From the human T2T-CHM13v2.0 reference genome, Homo sapiens: 64,000 bases of DNA. The stretch lies in assembly GCF_009914755.1 (NCBI RefSeq), contig NC_060942.1. One strand, 5' to 3'. Shown here one piece after another: positions 16,082-30,171 of the stretch (position 1 is the stretch's first letter; every line of letters starts with the position of its first letter). The notes beneath the pieces were generated by a model. The model ran no database searches, had not been told where the DNA came from, and saw only the letters and a program-made list of their open reading frames with translations. The translations under genes and the position numbers were made by a program.

Positions 16082-16439
16082 GTAAGTACACTGTACAGAT
16101 TTTTTTCAGCCTTACTATGATTAAGTCTAATTATTTCAGTGGATGTTTGCATCCCGTTAAATGTTTCTAGGTTCCTGTCCTCAATAGGAATGATTCAGGA
16201 TCAATGAATAGGTGGGGGGTGTGTGCCTCCTCTCCACCAACTCTCCATTTTCTTTCACATAACCCCTATAGGCCCTGGCAGACACGGCTAATCAATCACA
16301 GCACTCTGGAAAATCTGTGTCCCAGCCACCAGATCACCCCCAAGACATACCTCAGGCAGCCAATTGATTAGAGCTGGCAAGAGAAATAAAACTTGTCATT
16401 CCTGGTTTAATGGGATCAGGGTATACATTTCAAATCCTT

Positions 16440-16915
16440 GTTTTTTAAATTGTGGTGAAATACACATCAAATTTACTATTTTAACCATTTTAAAGTGACA
16501 GTTCAGTAGTGGTAACTATGTTCACGTTGTTGTGCAACCAATCTCCAGAACTCTTCGTTTTGCAAAATTGAAATTCTATACCCGTTAAACAACTCCTTGT
16601 TTCCTCCTACCACTGGCCCCTGGCAACCATCATGACTATCCTAGGTACCTCATATAAGTGGAATCATACAGTATTTGTCCTTTTGCAACAAATACTGGGT
16701 TATTAAATTTGTCATCACTTATTTCACTTAGCATAACGTCCTCAAGGTTCATCCATATTGAGCATGTGTCAGAATTTTCTTTTTGTTCAAAGCTGAACAG
16801 TATTTCCTTGTATATATGTATATATTACATTCTGTTTATCCATTCATTCGTGGATACACACTTGGGGTGCTTCCACCTTTTGGCTATTGTGAATAAGGCT
16901 GCTGTGAACATGAAT
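16440..16915 (-). mobile_element. L1M(B)-like 3' end
   Basis: Antisense L1 3'UTR motifs (aagtggaatcatacagtattt; ttggctattgtgaataaggctgct). Confidence 0.8.
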
Positions 16916-18599
16916 GTACCCTTTTTGTTTTTAGTTTGAGTATATTTTGCATACAATAATATGCATGAGTCTTAAATGTTGAGGTTCAGCCATACATTTG
17001 TGTTACCACTGCAAGAGGGATACTTTAAAGGGCTGGAAATTACCGGATGCCAGATATAGTAATCATTTTATCTCAATGTTTAACTTAAAGTCTACAATAT
17101 TTCATGAGCAGCATTTACCAGAGATGTATTTCACTTTTAGTCAGATTCAGGCTTGTGCTTCTTTAGGTCTAGCTTTGTGTTCAGGCAGAATTGCTAGTTC
17201 TCAAGGTCTGTGATGTGCGTTGTGGGGCCCTTCTCCTTGACCAGCCATAACCCTTAATGTTGTTGTTCCCCCTTCAAGGATTCGGCAGTGCTGTTGAGAG
17301 AGCTTACGCACAAAATGATTAAACTTTAGTGGAAAATGACTTGTTTATTAATGGTTAATCTATTTCCACCCTGTAATCTCCTATCTCCCTAAGACACTAG
17401 AAATCAGGTCACATAAGTTCTGAGTTGGAGAGAGGAGAGAAGAGGTCCAGCTAATGTCCCTGAGCCTGGAACAAAATACTGCCATGTGGGAAAGGAGTAC
17501 ACGCCATCACAGAGGGCATGAGCTTCCTGCTTAGAAAGGCTACTGAACCCTGGAGACCCTGGAGAACTGGAGGAGTTCTACACTGGGTGGTTAATTCTCC
17601 CAATACACATGTGTGGAGGTCTCCCCAAGCCTTGGTGAAAGGCTCAGTTTGGCAGCAATCCACTTCAACATGACTGCCTGCCTTTCCTTGTCTGCTGGTT
17701 TGCTTCTGCCCAACAGGCTGAACTTGAACAAATGCTGATGAAATCCACATCCATGATGAGGTAGAAATCTTATAACAATTTAAAGGGATTCAGAAACTTA
17801 ATGGGTAGAGCCAAGCCTGGACAATCAGAAAAATTACTTGCTAATGAGGCAGAACCCAAGAAGAGGGGTTTAACCAAGCATGTGTACCATGTTGACCTTG
17901 CTGCATGGATAAGCGGAAGGACCTCAAATTTAATTCTGAGCTTCCTAGCAGCCAACTCAAAAAGGGAAATCTGCTTGGTTTCATATTTCACTATGATCAT
18001 AAGCTAAAAAGTAATAAGTTACTTAGAAAAAACATGATTGTTGACACTAGTGCCAAATAACAATTTTCCCTAGGGGTGGGGCAGAGTGGTCATCACGAAG
18101 GGAATTCTCTAATCAATGACATCTTTAAATAACATATTTACAGCAGGTGTATTATTAACCATCAGTCTGGGCTGCAACAGAGGAAAAGCAGTGATTTGGC
18201 AGTGCCAATGGGACTCAGATGGGTACCCAGCTCCTTTTTTTGCTATGCTCAATTTTAATCCCCCTATGTGTGGAGTTGGACTACATATTCTTGAAGCAGT
18301 CTTCCCTAAATAATCTTGTAGTCTAGCTAATGTCAAATGTTTAATTGGCAATGAGCTGAAATTGCCTCTCCAACAAGGGCCCATTTGGATGCCACTTGTT
18401 CTGTGCTGCCAGGTAGATCTATGTCCATGTGCTTTAACAGGCAGTTGAGTGTGGAGAGGGATGACACCCTCTCTTGGGAATAAAACTGAATATATGCCAC
18501 GCCACCTTCCCTTAGAGTAGAGTTGATGGAATCCCTACAGGCACAGCCAAGAGCCTTCTTAGACAAGGCATTTTGCTGTTGTTCTTTTAATAGTCTCGG

Positions 18600-19900
18600 G
18601 TCTTTATTTGACTCAAACCGAACACTGCACGTCTCTCATATTTAAAAAAAAAAAAAAGCTGTTTGCTCAATGCCGCACAAACGACGGCATGCGGGGACAC
18701 CCCCGCCGCTTCCCCCGCCCCCACCCCCCCGCCAAAAAAAACCCAAAAAAACCCCACAACCCAAACCCAAAGCCTCTTTCATATTCACGATATTCAGGAA
18801 GCACCAGCTACGGAGTCAAGCATCTTGGTTTAGATTTAGTCTCTGCCTACAATCACGGCCTTTGTCAAGTGAGTTTATCTCTGAGCACCAGTATCGTCAT
18901 CTGCAAAGTGGGGCAAGTTCCATCTACCGCAGTGAGACAGGAAAGGGGCTCCAAAACTGAGAGCTGCCATCACAGTAGATGTTGTAAGGGCCGGACGAAG
19001 AACTCCAGAATCCTGGTGCTACCAGCACACTTCACCTGAGCCACGGCATCCCAGGCTCGGGAGTGCCAAGACTCAGGGAGCCCTGGATGGGGCGCCTGCA
19101 CCCAGTCCTTCCCCAACCACGTGGCAACCATGTGCTCCCAGTGGTGGTTGCCTCCTCAGTCCCCTCCAAGCCTCCCCGCTCCCCGTTCCCTGCCCCCGCC
19201 CCCCACTCCCTTCCCCCGCCCCGCCCCGCCCCGCCCCAGTAACTGGCTGAAGCACCAGGGTGAATTCTGGGTCCAGGAGCCCCAGACTCTGAGGCCTGGG
19301 GACTGGAGAACAACGCCAGGCTGGGCGTCTGTGCCCTCCTCCAACAGGGAGGCGCGTGCTTCCCCGCAAACCCAGCCTCCTGGACCAACCCAGCCCGGAA
19401 TTAGAAGCCTAGGACGCCCACCTGACGCACGCTCCTAGGAAAACAACCACTACCCAGCTCCAAGCAACCCGAACTTTCGGCAGGCTGGTTCCACCTTACC
19501 TCAGGCCCTGGGCCTCGCCTGGCTCACGCTCCTGAGGCTTCAGGCCGTCTTCCCACCCCTTCATGCCCCCGGCTGCCTCGTGGCTCCCATCCTTCCAGAT
19601 CCAGCAGCTCTTCCCACTTCCCTCAGGCCTCCAGCCTGCTTGGCGCTCTCCAGCAGCCCGGGATGCAGCCGGATTCCCACCTCTAACCCTTCCCCTCCCC
19701 TTCCTCCTCTCCAGCCCCTCCTCCTCCCCAGTCCCCTCCCCAGCCCCCACCCTCACTGCCACTAGACCCTTCTTGGCCTCGCTCCAGCTCCCCCCAGCAG
19801 TTGCCAAAAAGATAGTTCTGAGGCCTCAGGGGGCTCATCCATCGAATCTTCTGTGGAGTGGTGGCGCGATCTTAGGTGAGAGAGAGAAGGCAGACAAAGA
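18600..19900. promoter_or_regulatory. GC/CpG-enriched intronic element (candidate enhancer or promoter)
   Basis: Non-repeat sequence with retained CpGs, tandem CCCCGCCC GC-boxes at about 19193-19218, TGACTCA at 18609-18615 and CACGTG at 19118-19123. Confidence 0.55.
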
Positions 19901-20349
19901 GGAACGACTCCTGCTCCACAGACAGCTGCGCAAGACGGAATCACACCAGGGCTGGACAATGGTTTTGAATCCTCTTTCAAGTACGGAAGGAGGGAGCTCA
20001 AAGCTTGGAGTTCCAACCCAAAGCCAAGGCTGAAACAATTTCATTTTAACTTGGAATGTTAAGGCAGATGTACACCCTTTTGAAATGAGACTTTTAACCC
20101 TTTGCTTCTCTGAGTGGTCTCAGCTTTTGGCCCCATGATGGAGCTGGCGCAGCCTCTGGAAGCAGAGCCCTCTGGGATCTTATTAGCAGCTGGTCCTTGA
20201 ATTGGGTAAAGCATGACCACAGGTTGAGAGTAAGAAACTTGAGCAGATCTTAGTCGTAGGACTCCAGATCTTTATGCAGGTGTGATACTTAACACATCTC
20301 AGTAAAGTCAGCACTTGAGTGCTCCTGTGTTCCTTTATTGTAACAATGG

Positions 20350-20545
20350 GGTAGAGAAGACAGAGCTGGGGCCTCAGAGCCAAGTGAGGTTGGAAGTCTG
20401 GCTCTCCATTTATCACTGCCTGACCCTTGGCAGGTATCTTAATACCTCTGATTCTCAGTCTCACCATCTGTAAAATGGAGATAATAAATAAGCAGGATAT
20501 GGGAGGCTTAAATAATACTTGCGAAGTGTTGTGTTCTCCTAATTC
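20350..20545 (+). mobile_element. MIR
   Basis: MIR core motif ctcagt..catctgtaaaatggagataata. Confidence 0.65.
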
Positions 20546-20664
20546 CTCAATGAATGGTGCCGTGGATGACCGTGATGACTCGTGTGTCAGGTTCGCACTA
20601 TAGGATCAACTGATCCTCATCAAAACTTTTCAATAACTGAGATGCACTTCGCCCACATGCCCAG

Positions 20665-20780
20665 GTTTCGGTGTGAATGCCAGCACCACACCTGTGGGGA
20701 GACGTGTGATCGCTGCTGCACAGGGTACAATCAGAGGCGCTGGCGGCCCGCCGCTTGGGAGCAGAGCCACGAGTGTGAAG
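20665..20780 (+). CDS. LAMA3: Laminin alpha-3 exon 7, LE1
   Basis: cccag| ... |gtgggt; 116 nt; FRCECQHHTCGETCDRCCTGYNQRRWRPAAWEQSHECE. Confidence 0.96.
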
Positions 20781-21336
20781 GTGGGTGTGGGGATGGGGTG
20801 GGGGCCACACGTGGCCTTCTCCCCCTCTCCCTGGGGGCTGAGGCTATTTTCCCCATGCTAGAGAAGAGGCTGTGGTCATGTCAGTGTTAGGGGCTCAAGT
20901 CTGTCTATTGTAATAAGAACCTCAGACTGCAGGGAAAAGTGCCCTCCTCTGAATTCAGATGTACATTTGAGAAGAAAAAGAACAATAATGATGATGACCA
21001 TGCATGATGGGGCTCCGTGCTTTAATACGTTGACCTCTTTTTTTAGCAATCATAAATATGATGCAACCACTATAAAATTTTAACATCTTATCCATTTCAT
21101 AGGACGTGATACTGGATAGGAATCAACTATTTTGAGGACCAAGGTCCAGAGAAGACGGCAAGGTTGAGTCTAAACAGGGAGCTGGGAGTACTGGAGTATG
21201 GAGTGCTGGGAAGTGTAACATGGTAGGATTGAGGAGGATGGAGAGGACCAGAGAAGGAATAAAAAAAGTTGGGAAACTGCTTTTAAGAGTGTAACATAAA
21301 GTAAGAAAAGCGTTTTTTTTTTGTTTTTGTTTTTTA

Positions 21337-21623
21337 GGCCTGATGTGGTGGCTCCCAGCACTTTGGGAGGCAAAGGTGGGAGGATTGCTTGAGGCCAGGA
21401 GTTGGAAACCAGCCTAGGCAACATAGTGAGACTCTGTCTACAAAAAATTGAAAAATTAGCCAGAGGTGGTGGTGCAGGCCTGTAGTCCCAGCTACTTGGG
21501 AGGTGGAGGTGGGAGAATGGCTTGAGCCCAAGAGTTGGTGCAGTGAGCTCTGATCCTGCCACTGCACTCCAGCCTGGGTGAAAGGATAAGATCCTGTCAA
21601 AAAAAAAAAAAAAAAAGAAGAAA
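21337..21623 (+). mobile_element. AluJ
   Basis: Diverged Alu with J-type positions (ggaggattgcttgaggccagg). Confidence 0.85.
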
Positions 21624-21734
21624 GACAACTGCTATTTTTAACAAACAAACCCTAAGACATCCAACTATAGATTTTCTTCTAAATAAATCTCCTTGTGAAG
21701 CTACATATTTATTCCAGTTGCAGAAAACATTTCA

Positions 21735-21952
21735 TTCACTGCAACCTCTGCCTCCCAGGTTCAAGCGGTTCTCCTGCCTCAGCCTCTCCAGTAGCTGGGA
21801 TTACAGACACCTGCCACCATACCTGGCTAATTTTGCTTGTTTGTTTGTATTTTTAGTAGGGATGGGGTTTCGCCATGTTGGCCAGGCTGGTCTTGAACTC
21901 CTAGCCTCTTGGGATCCACCCACCTTGGCCTCCCAAAGAGCTGGGATTATAG
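21735..21952 (-). mobile_element. Partial Alu
   Basis: Antisense Alu internal segment. Confidence 0.85.
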
Positions 21953-22990
21953 GACTTTATACTTTTTGACCAAATATTTTTTGTAACTATTAGGAGATAA
22001 GACTGATGATCTCTTATGGCCAGTAAACTTATGTAAAAGGTGTTCCCAGTGGTCTTCCAAGGGAGTTTTGAGAGATGCTAAAGTTCTGGGAAGGTCTTGT
22101 GGCCATCTCAGGGAAATGCTCTGGCGCACCTCTGAGTCCCAGGTGTTGCTTGGATGGCCATCTCACTTTATAGTCACAGCTAATCGGTTCCTTCTCAATG
22201 ACTTCTCCATTGCTCACCCCAGATGAGGGGACCAGAGAGAGAGAAAGGTATAATAAAAGTAACCAGGGGTTGTTTCTTTTGCTGCTTTCAAACACTGATT
22301 TAGGATATTTTTAATTGAATTAACCATTATTACATGAATTCCAGCATTTGCAACCTGATTAGTTTTCCAGACTAATGGAACCCTTTGTAAATAACATGCT
22401 TCACTCCAACACATACAAAAAAAATTTAAATCTCCTTTAATAAGTTTTTATCCTTTTAAAATGTATTAAATTGTTAAAAGTTACAAAAATAGTGCATGAA
22501 AATCAGACCTATCAGGATCCATTTATTAGGTGCTTTCTAAATTCCCTTTGAAATATACAATTCAAAATAAACAGACTTCTTAACTGATGTAGTAAATATA
22601 AATGTCTTGATTTTTTAAAATCATGGCACCACAGAGAAAATGAAGATAAGAAAGCATTGAGCCTGTTTTACAAGTTATAGGGTAATTTGTGTAATATCTA
22701 ATTAAGTCTTCCTTCACATAGTCACCTGGGAAATTGATTAAAACATACAAATTACTAACAAGACTTGGAAATTTTGATGTAATTAGAATATAATGAATAT
22801 ATAGTCTGCCTAAGAAAGAATAAGAATTTTACTCATGTTAAATATTTTTCATTGTGGCAAAGATGAAAATCCCAAATGAGTTTTAAATTATACTTTGTAA
22901 TTTTAGAAGTGTTATATACTACTTGTAGATAACTTGGAAATTAAAAAAATAAATAAAGTAAAATCACCAAGAATTTAACTACCCCAACAG

Positions 22991-23297
22991 TGTCTTAGTC
23001 TGTTCAGCTGCTGTAACGTCTGGGTAGCTTATAAACAATAGCCTCAAAGTTCTGGAGGCTGGTAAGTCCAAGAGTAAGGCACCAGCAGATTCGGTGTCTG
23101 GTGAGGGCCTGCTTTCTGGTTCATAGATGCCACTTTCTTGCTGTGTCCTTACGTGGTGGAACGGGCAAGGAAGCTTTCTGGGCCTCTTTTATAAGGGCAC
23201 TTATCACCTCCCAGAGGGCCCATCTCCTAATAACTGGTGATTAGGTTTCACCTATGAATTTGGGGTGGGGGGGGCACAAGCGTTCGGACCATAGCAG
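22991..23297 (-). mobile_element. MaLR (MLT1/MST-type) LTR
   Basis: tgtcttagtc ... gaccatagca termini; ttctggaggctgg..aagtccaag motif. Confidence 0.75.
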
Positions 23298-23659
23298 AGA
23301 GCTACTATTAATATTTTGTTAGATACGTAGTATTTTATACATACTTTAAATACTCAAGATTATATAATCTACATAATTTTATATCCTAATTTTTTCACTT
23401 GATATTTTTAGCTATTTCCCCATGTTTTCCCAATCATTAAAAATGCTTTGACATCATTTTTGATGGTACAGAGTTTTGTTCCAAGTGTTTGTTGAGTACC
23501 CACTGTGTGCTGAGAACTATGCTCTATTGCAAACAAAACACATACAGCCCTTGGTGTCATAGAACTTAAAGTCAAACAAATATATTGTTGCTTGCTGAGC
23601 CATTCCCCTACAATTAAACATTAAGATTATTCCCATACGATTACCATATAGTGTTGAAA

Positions 23660-23905
23660 TGAAAGGTTTAGAGTGTTGGCTAAGAGCATAGGTTCTGCAG
23701 TCAAACAAAGACAGGTTGGAATTTCGCCTCTTCTAGTTATAAGCTATGTAACGATGGGCATATTCCTCAACCTAAGCCCCAGTTTTCCAATCTGGACTAT
23801 AGGGATGATGGTACCTACCTTAGAGAGTTACTGCACAGATTAAATGAGATAATTCATGTAAAGCACTTTTCACAGTGTGTTAAGAGCTCAATTGCTATTG
23901 TTAGT
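23660..23905 (+). mobile_element. MIR
   Basis: MIR core (gattaaatgagataattcatgtaaagcact). Confidence 0.75.
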
Positions 23906-24204
23906 AGTAGTAATAGTGGTAGTAATAATATTCTCTTCGTGCATGAAGTTTAATTGGCATTTGGATGTATTTTTTTTGACAGTGAAATTTTATTTTATTG
24001 AATTTTGTATGTATAAAACATGCCAGTAAAATAAAGAAATAATGAAACAAAGATTATATACAAAAGTTTTTGAATTAATACTATTTAAATACATTAGTTG
24101 TTAAGGGAAAAATTAGAGCTACATACTGGTCTTTCACAGTAATAAATAATAATGTTAGTGTTTAATTGCAATTAAATAAAAACTCCAACTAAAATAAATA
24201 TATT

Positions 24205-24503
24205 GCTGGGTGGGTGGCTCATGCCTGTAATCCAAGTACTTTGGGTGGCCAAGGCAGGAGGATCGCTTGAGCCCAGTAGTTGGAGATCAGCCTGGACAAC
24301 ACAGTGAAACCTTGTCTCTACAAATAATTAAAAATTGGCTGGTCATGATGGCACGTGTCTGTGGTCCCAGCTGCTTGGGAGGCTGAGGTGGGAGGATTAC
24401 TTGAGCCCACATAGTTGAGACTGTGGTGAGCCGTGACCACACCACTACACTCCATCTGGGTGACAGTGAGATCCTGTTGCAAAAGTAAATAAATAAAATA
24501 AAT
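24205..24503 (+). mobile_element. AluJ
   Basis: Diverged Alu with an (AAAT)n tail. Confidence 0.85.
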
Positions 24504-24513
24504 ATATTATTCA

Positions 24514-25426
<913 letters not shown>

Positions 25427-25672
25427 CAAGTAGTATTTTTTTAAAAAAAGAGAAACTTCGCTCATGGAATATCAAATGAAAGGAGCTCTAAACTGTATCT
25501 TAGTATATCCTGGTCTTTGTGTAAAGATCCCTAAAAATTTTCCCCTAAGAGTGTCCTGGGTGTTCCAGAATATACTTTTTTATAGCTCAATTAGCAGTAA
25601 TACTATTTACGCTATTTACTAAGCGTCTGATAGTAATAATGAGAATATTGACTTATTATGCTTTTTTTTCAG

Positions 25673-25791
25673 CATGCAACTGCCACGGCCATGCCAGCAA
25701 CTGTTACTATGATCCAGATGTTGAGCGGCAGCAGGCAAGCTTGAATACCCAGGGCATCTATGCTGGTGGAGGGGTCTGCATTAACTGTCAG
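25673..25791 (+). CDS. LAMA3: Laminin alpha-3 exon 8, first half of LE2
   Basis: tttttcag| ... |gtgagg; 119 nt; (A)CNCHGHASNCYYDPDVERQQASLNTQGIYAGGGVCINCQ. Confidence 0.97.
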
Positions 25792-28700
25792 GTGAGGCAC
25801 TATTTAAATCAAAGTGGATGTGTTGTCATGGGGAATGAGTATTCAGTAAGCTCTGCTCCTGAAGAGATGTCAAGAAAGTGGCAGGCAATCGTAAGAGTTT
25901 TCTGAGACCATTTCTCCACTGTTGCTCACACAAGGCCTTGTTAGCTGGATGTAATTTAGGGATTGTAAGGAAAATGGACTGAGGTATGTTTACCCACACC
26001 CCTTTGATCAGTTTCTCGATTTAAATTTTGCCTAAATGGAGAGGAGGATTCCAGGTTATCATCTCTGGCTGCTATCCAACTTGTGATAGAAAAACTCTAA
26101 GATAGGAGGACAAGTAGTTATTAATGTTAGTGCTGACCCTACATCCTGTTTTCAGACAGATTCTGAGTCTAGACTCAGTGAGGAAATGCATCATGATCAA
26201 TTAATGATGTCTTTCATAGACATCAAATATGAAACACTAATTTTTCATTCCTTCTGTAGGACAACTGGTTTCACTGGAATTTAGTTAAGGGAGTGTATGG
26301 CGGAAGAGGGCATCTCTTCATTGAGATATTCATTAACAGTCCTGTCAAATGTTTATGAATTTGGTCTACATTGTCATTCTTTCTTGTGTTCTTTTAGGTG
26401 TTTTGTTAATGTTACCACTGAAGAGGCGTTCTTCACATGAGATGCCCATTAATATGAAACCAGGGCTACATACCCATAGAGAGAGCCACCATTCTTCATT
26501 TGTCTCCCCCCTCCATACTTTTATATTATCTGTTATTGCAGATAATTAAAATATAAGTAAAATATAAAATATAAAATAGGTTTGTTACAAATCACAAGGT
26601 TTTATGTATAAGTGAGAAATCCCAGGATAAGGCTAAGCACTATAAGACCTTCAAGTGATTTGTGTGCATATTAAGTTGCAGAAACACTGGACTAGAATGT
26701 GTAGGTAGAATCTTTTCTCTGGATGAAAGGTCAAGCCCCTTCAATGTGTCTTTAGAATACTTTGTTATTCTTCATCATTCTCTCAGTGATATTATGTTTT
26801 GTACTTTGCTGTTCCAGGAAACCATCAATGTAGTCTTTTTTTTCATAGTGGGTCTGCAAAAACATTTTTTTTTTTTTTGCTTATGAAATTACTGAACTGT
26901 TATTTGGGTGTACTGCATTTGTTTTCCAACTTAAATTTAAAATGCCTTTTACTCAGTTAGATATTTAGGTAGCGTAATTAACTTTAAAATGTTTATTGTG
27001 GTAAAATAGACATAACATAAAATTTACCATTTTAACCATTTTTAAGTGTACATTTTAGCAGCATAATTAACTTTTATATTATATTGATAATCAATGGACA
27101 AGGAAAGAGTTCTGCTTCTTTTATGGTTTAGTGGCTGCTGCAGGACTGAACCCTCCCATGGAGGATTGGTCTCAATTGATTGTCTTTTCTCTTAAGAATG
27201 GGTCATATTTTAGGTGTTCATATGATAAACTATGGGCAAAATACAAAAGACAAATAAACAAATGACAAAACCACAAAAACCATGATCTGAAAGCACTGAA
27301 GAGTAAAAATAAGCAGGAAGATACTGGAGGGGAGCTGCAACTTGGCAAAACAGATCAGCATAGGGTGAGTTACATATTTTTATGACTTTTACCCAGAGGG
27401 GAGGCCAAAGTTGGTCCCATGTGGTCTGGCTAAAATTTCTCTAGAAATATGGAACCTTTGTCTTAAAGCTGTGTTCTCTGAGGAACCAGAGAGCAGAGCT
27501 TAGGACAACTCCAACTTGTGGAAAGTTGGTGGGGAGTCCAGGAAAAGAGAAGTCAAGAGCAGGGAAATCCCTAATTCTGTATATAAATTCTTCTCAAGTT
27601 TCTGACTGACCCCTCAGTCCGTTTTCCATACAATCCAAGCACAGGATGGATTTCATCTGAGACTGAAATAACTTACTTGACATTTTAGTTACCACTTAAG
27701 AGTCAGAATGTGCAGCTTGAGTAAAGTTAATTGTCTCATAAAGAAAAAAAACCATTTTTTAGAGGAATGCTAATGGATTTGGAATCCTTACAACACAATA
27801 TTCACAATGTCTAGGCTACAACCCTAGATTTTGTAACATATGAAGATTCAAAAAAAGTGACCCATTCTTAAGAGAAAAGACAATCAATAGGGACCAATTC
27901 TGACATGCCCCAGATGTTGAAATTAGCAGTTAAGGATTTTAGAGCTGCTATTATAATTATGCTCAAGAGAATAGATTAAAATATAGTCACAATGAATGAA
28001 AAGATAATAAATATCAGTAGGGAAATAAAAACTGTAAAAGGATCAAAATGAAAATTCTATAACTAAAAAATGCAATATGTTAAATAAAAAATCCATTGGA
28101 GGGGCCGAATAGCAGAAAGGAGGTAATAGAAGAAAGAGTCAGTGAATTTGAAGATAGATTAGTAGAATTTATCTAGTCTGAAGAAGAGAAAGAAAAATAT
28201 ATATATTTCAAATGAACAGAGATTTGGGAACTGGTGAGACAATAGCTAAAGATGTAAGGAACATGTAATTGGACTCCCAGAAGCAGAGAAGAGACAATGA
28301 ATCAGAAAAAAAAGTGAAGAAATAATAGTAGGAAATACCTCAAATTTTGCAATAGGCTAAGATTCAAAAAGCTTAATGAACCCTAACCTGGAGAAATACA
28401 AAGAAAATAATTCCTAGGCCTAGTGGAGTCAAACTGCTGAAATCCAAAGACAAAGTGAAAATCTTGAAAGTAGACAGAGAAAACATTACAACATAGTATG
28501 ACTGTGGACTTTTTATTAGAAACTGGAGGTCACAGAAGGAATAGTATCTTTAAAGTGCTAAAAGAAAAAAGAACCATCATCCCAGAATTCCGTATTCAGT
28601 AAAAATATCCTTCAAGAATAAAAGCAAAAAGAAAATTGTTTGGTAGATAAAATAAAACTAAGAGAATTTATTGTCTAAGAGACCTACACTACAAGATATG

Positions 28701-28810
28701 CTAAAGGAAGTTCTTTAGGTTAAAGAGAGGTAATACGAGATGGAAACTCAGATCTTTAGGAAGAAATGAAGAGTATGGTATGTGTCTGGGCAAATATAAA
28801 GTACTATTTA

Positions 28811-29118
<308 letters not shown>

Positions 29119-29823
29119 TTCTTGGAAGTCCTAGCCAGAGCAATCAGTCAAGAGAAAGATATAGAAGACATTCAAATAGCAAAAGAAAAAGTCAAACTAT
29201 CTCTCTTTGTTAATGATATGATTCTATACTTAGAAAACCTAAGGACTCTTCCAGAAGGCTTCTGGAACTGATAAACAACTTCAGTAAAGTTTCAGGATAC
29301 AAAGATCAGTAGCATTTCTATGCACCAATAATGTTCAAGCTGAGAGCCAAATCAAGAACACAATCCCATTTACAGTAACTGCAAAAAACAAACAATAAAA
29401 AAAGCCCAAATCTAGGAATACATCTAACCAAGGAGGTGAAAGATCTCTACAAGGACAACTACAAAATACTGACTGAAAGAAATAATAGATGACAAAAACA
29501 AATGAAAAGACATTCCATGCTCATGGATTGGAAGAATTAGTAACATTACAGTGGCCATACTGCCCAAAGCAATCTACAGATTCAACGCTATTTCTATCTA
29601 TGTCATTTTTGACAAAACTATAAAAAACTATTCTAAAATTCAGAAGAAACCAAAAAAAGAGCCCAAATAGCCAAAGCAGCCCTAGGCAAAAAGAACAAAG
29701 CCAGAGGCATAACATTACCTGACTTCAAACTATACAGAATACAGAACTCAAAAATAAAGCCACACACCTACAGCCATCTGATCTTCAACAAAGTTAACAA
29801 AAATAAGCAATGAGGAAAGGACT

Positions 29824-30171
<348 letters not shown>

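Noticed and set aside
18608-20044. Cluster of overlapping Pro/Gly-rich ORFs
   Set aside because: Expected from GC-rich low-complexity DNA with few stop codons; no coherent protein.
25792-25905. Exon-8 read-through ORF (37 aa)
   Set aside because: It ends in the middle of LE2, leaving unpaired cysteines, and I saw no nearby AATAAA.
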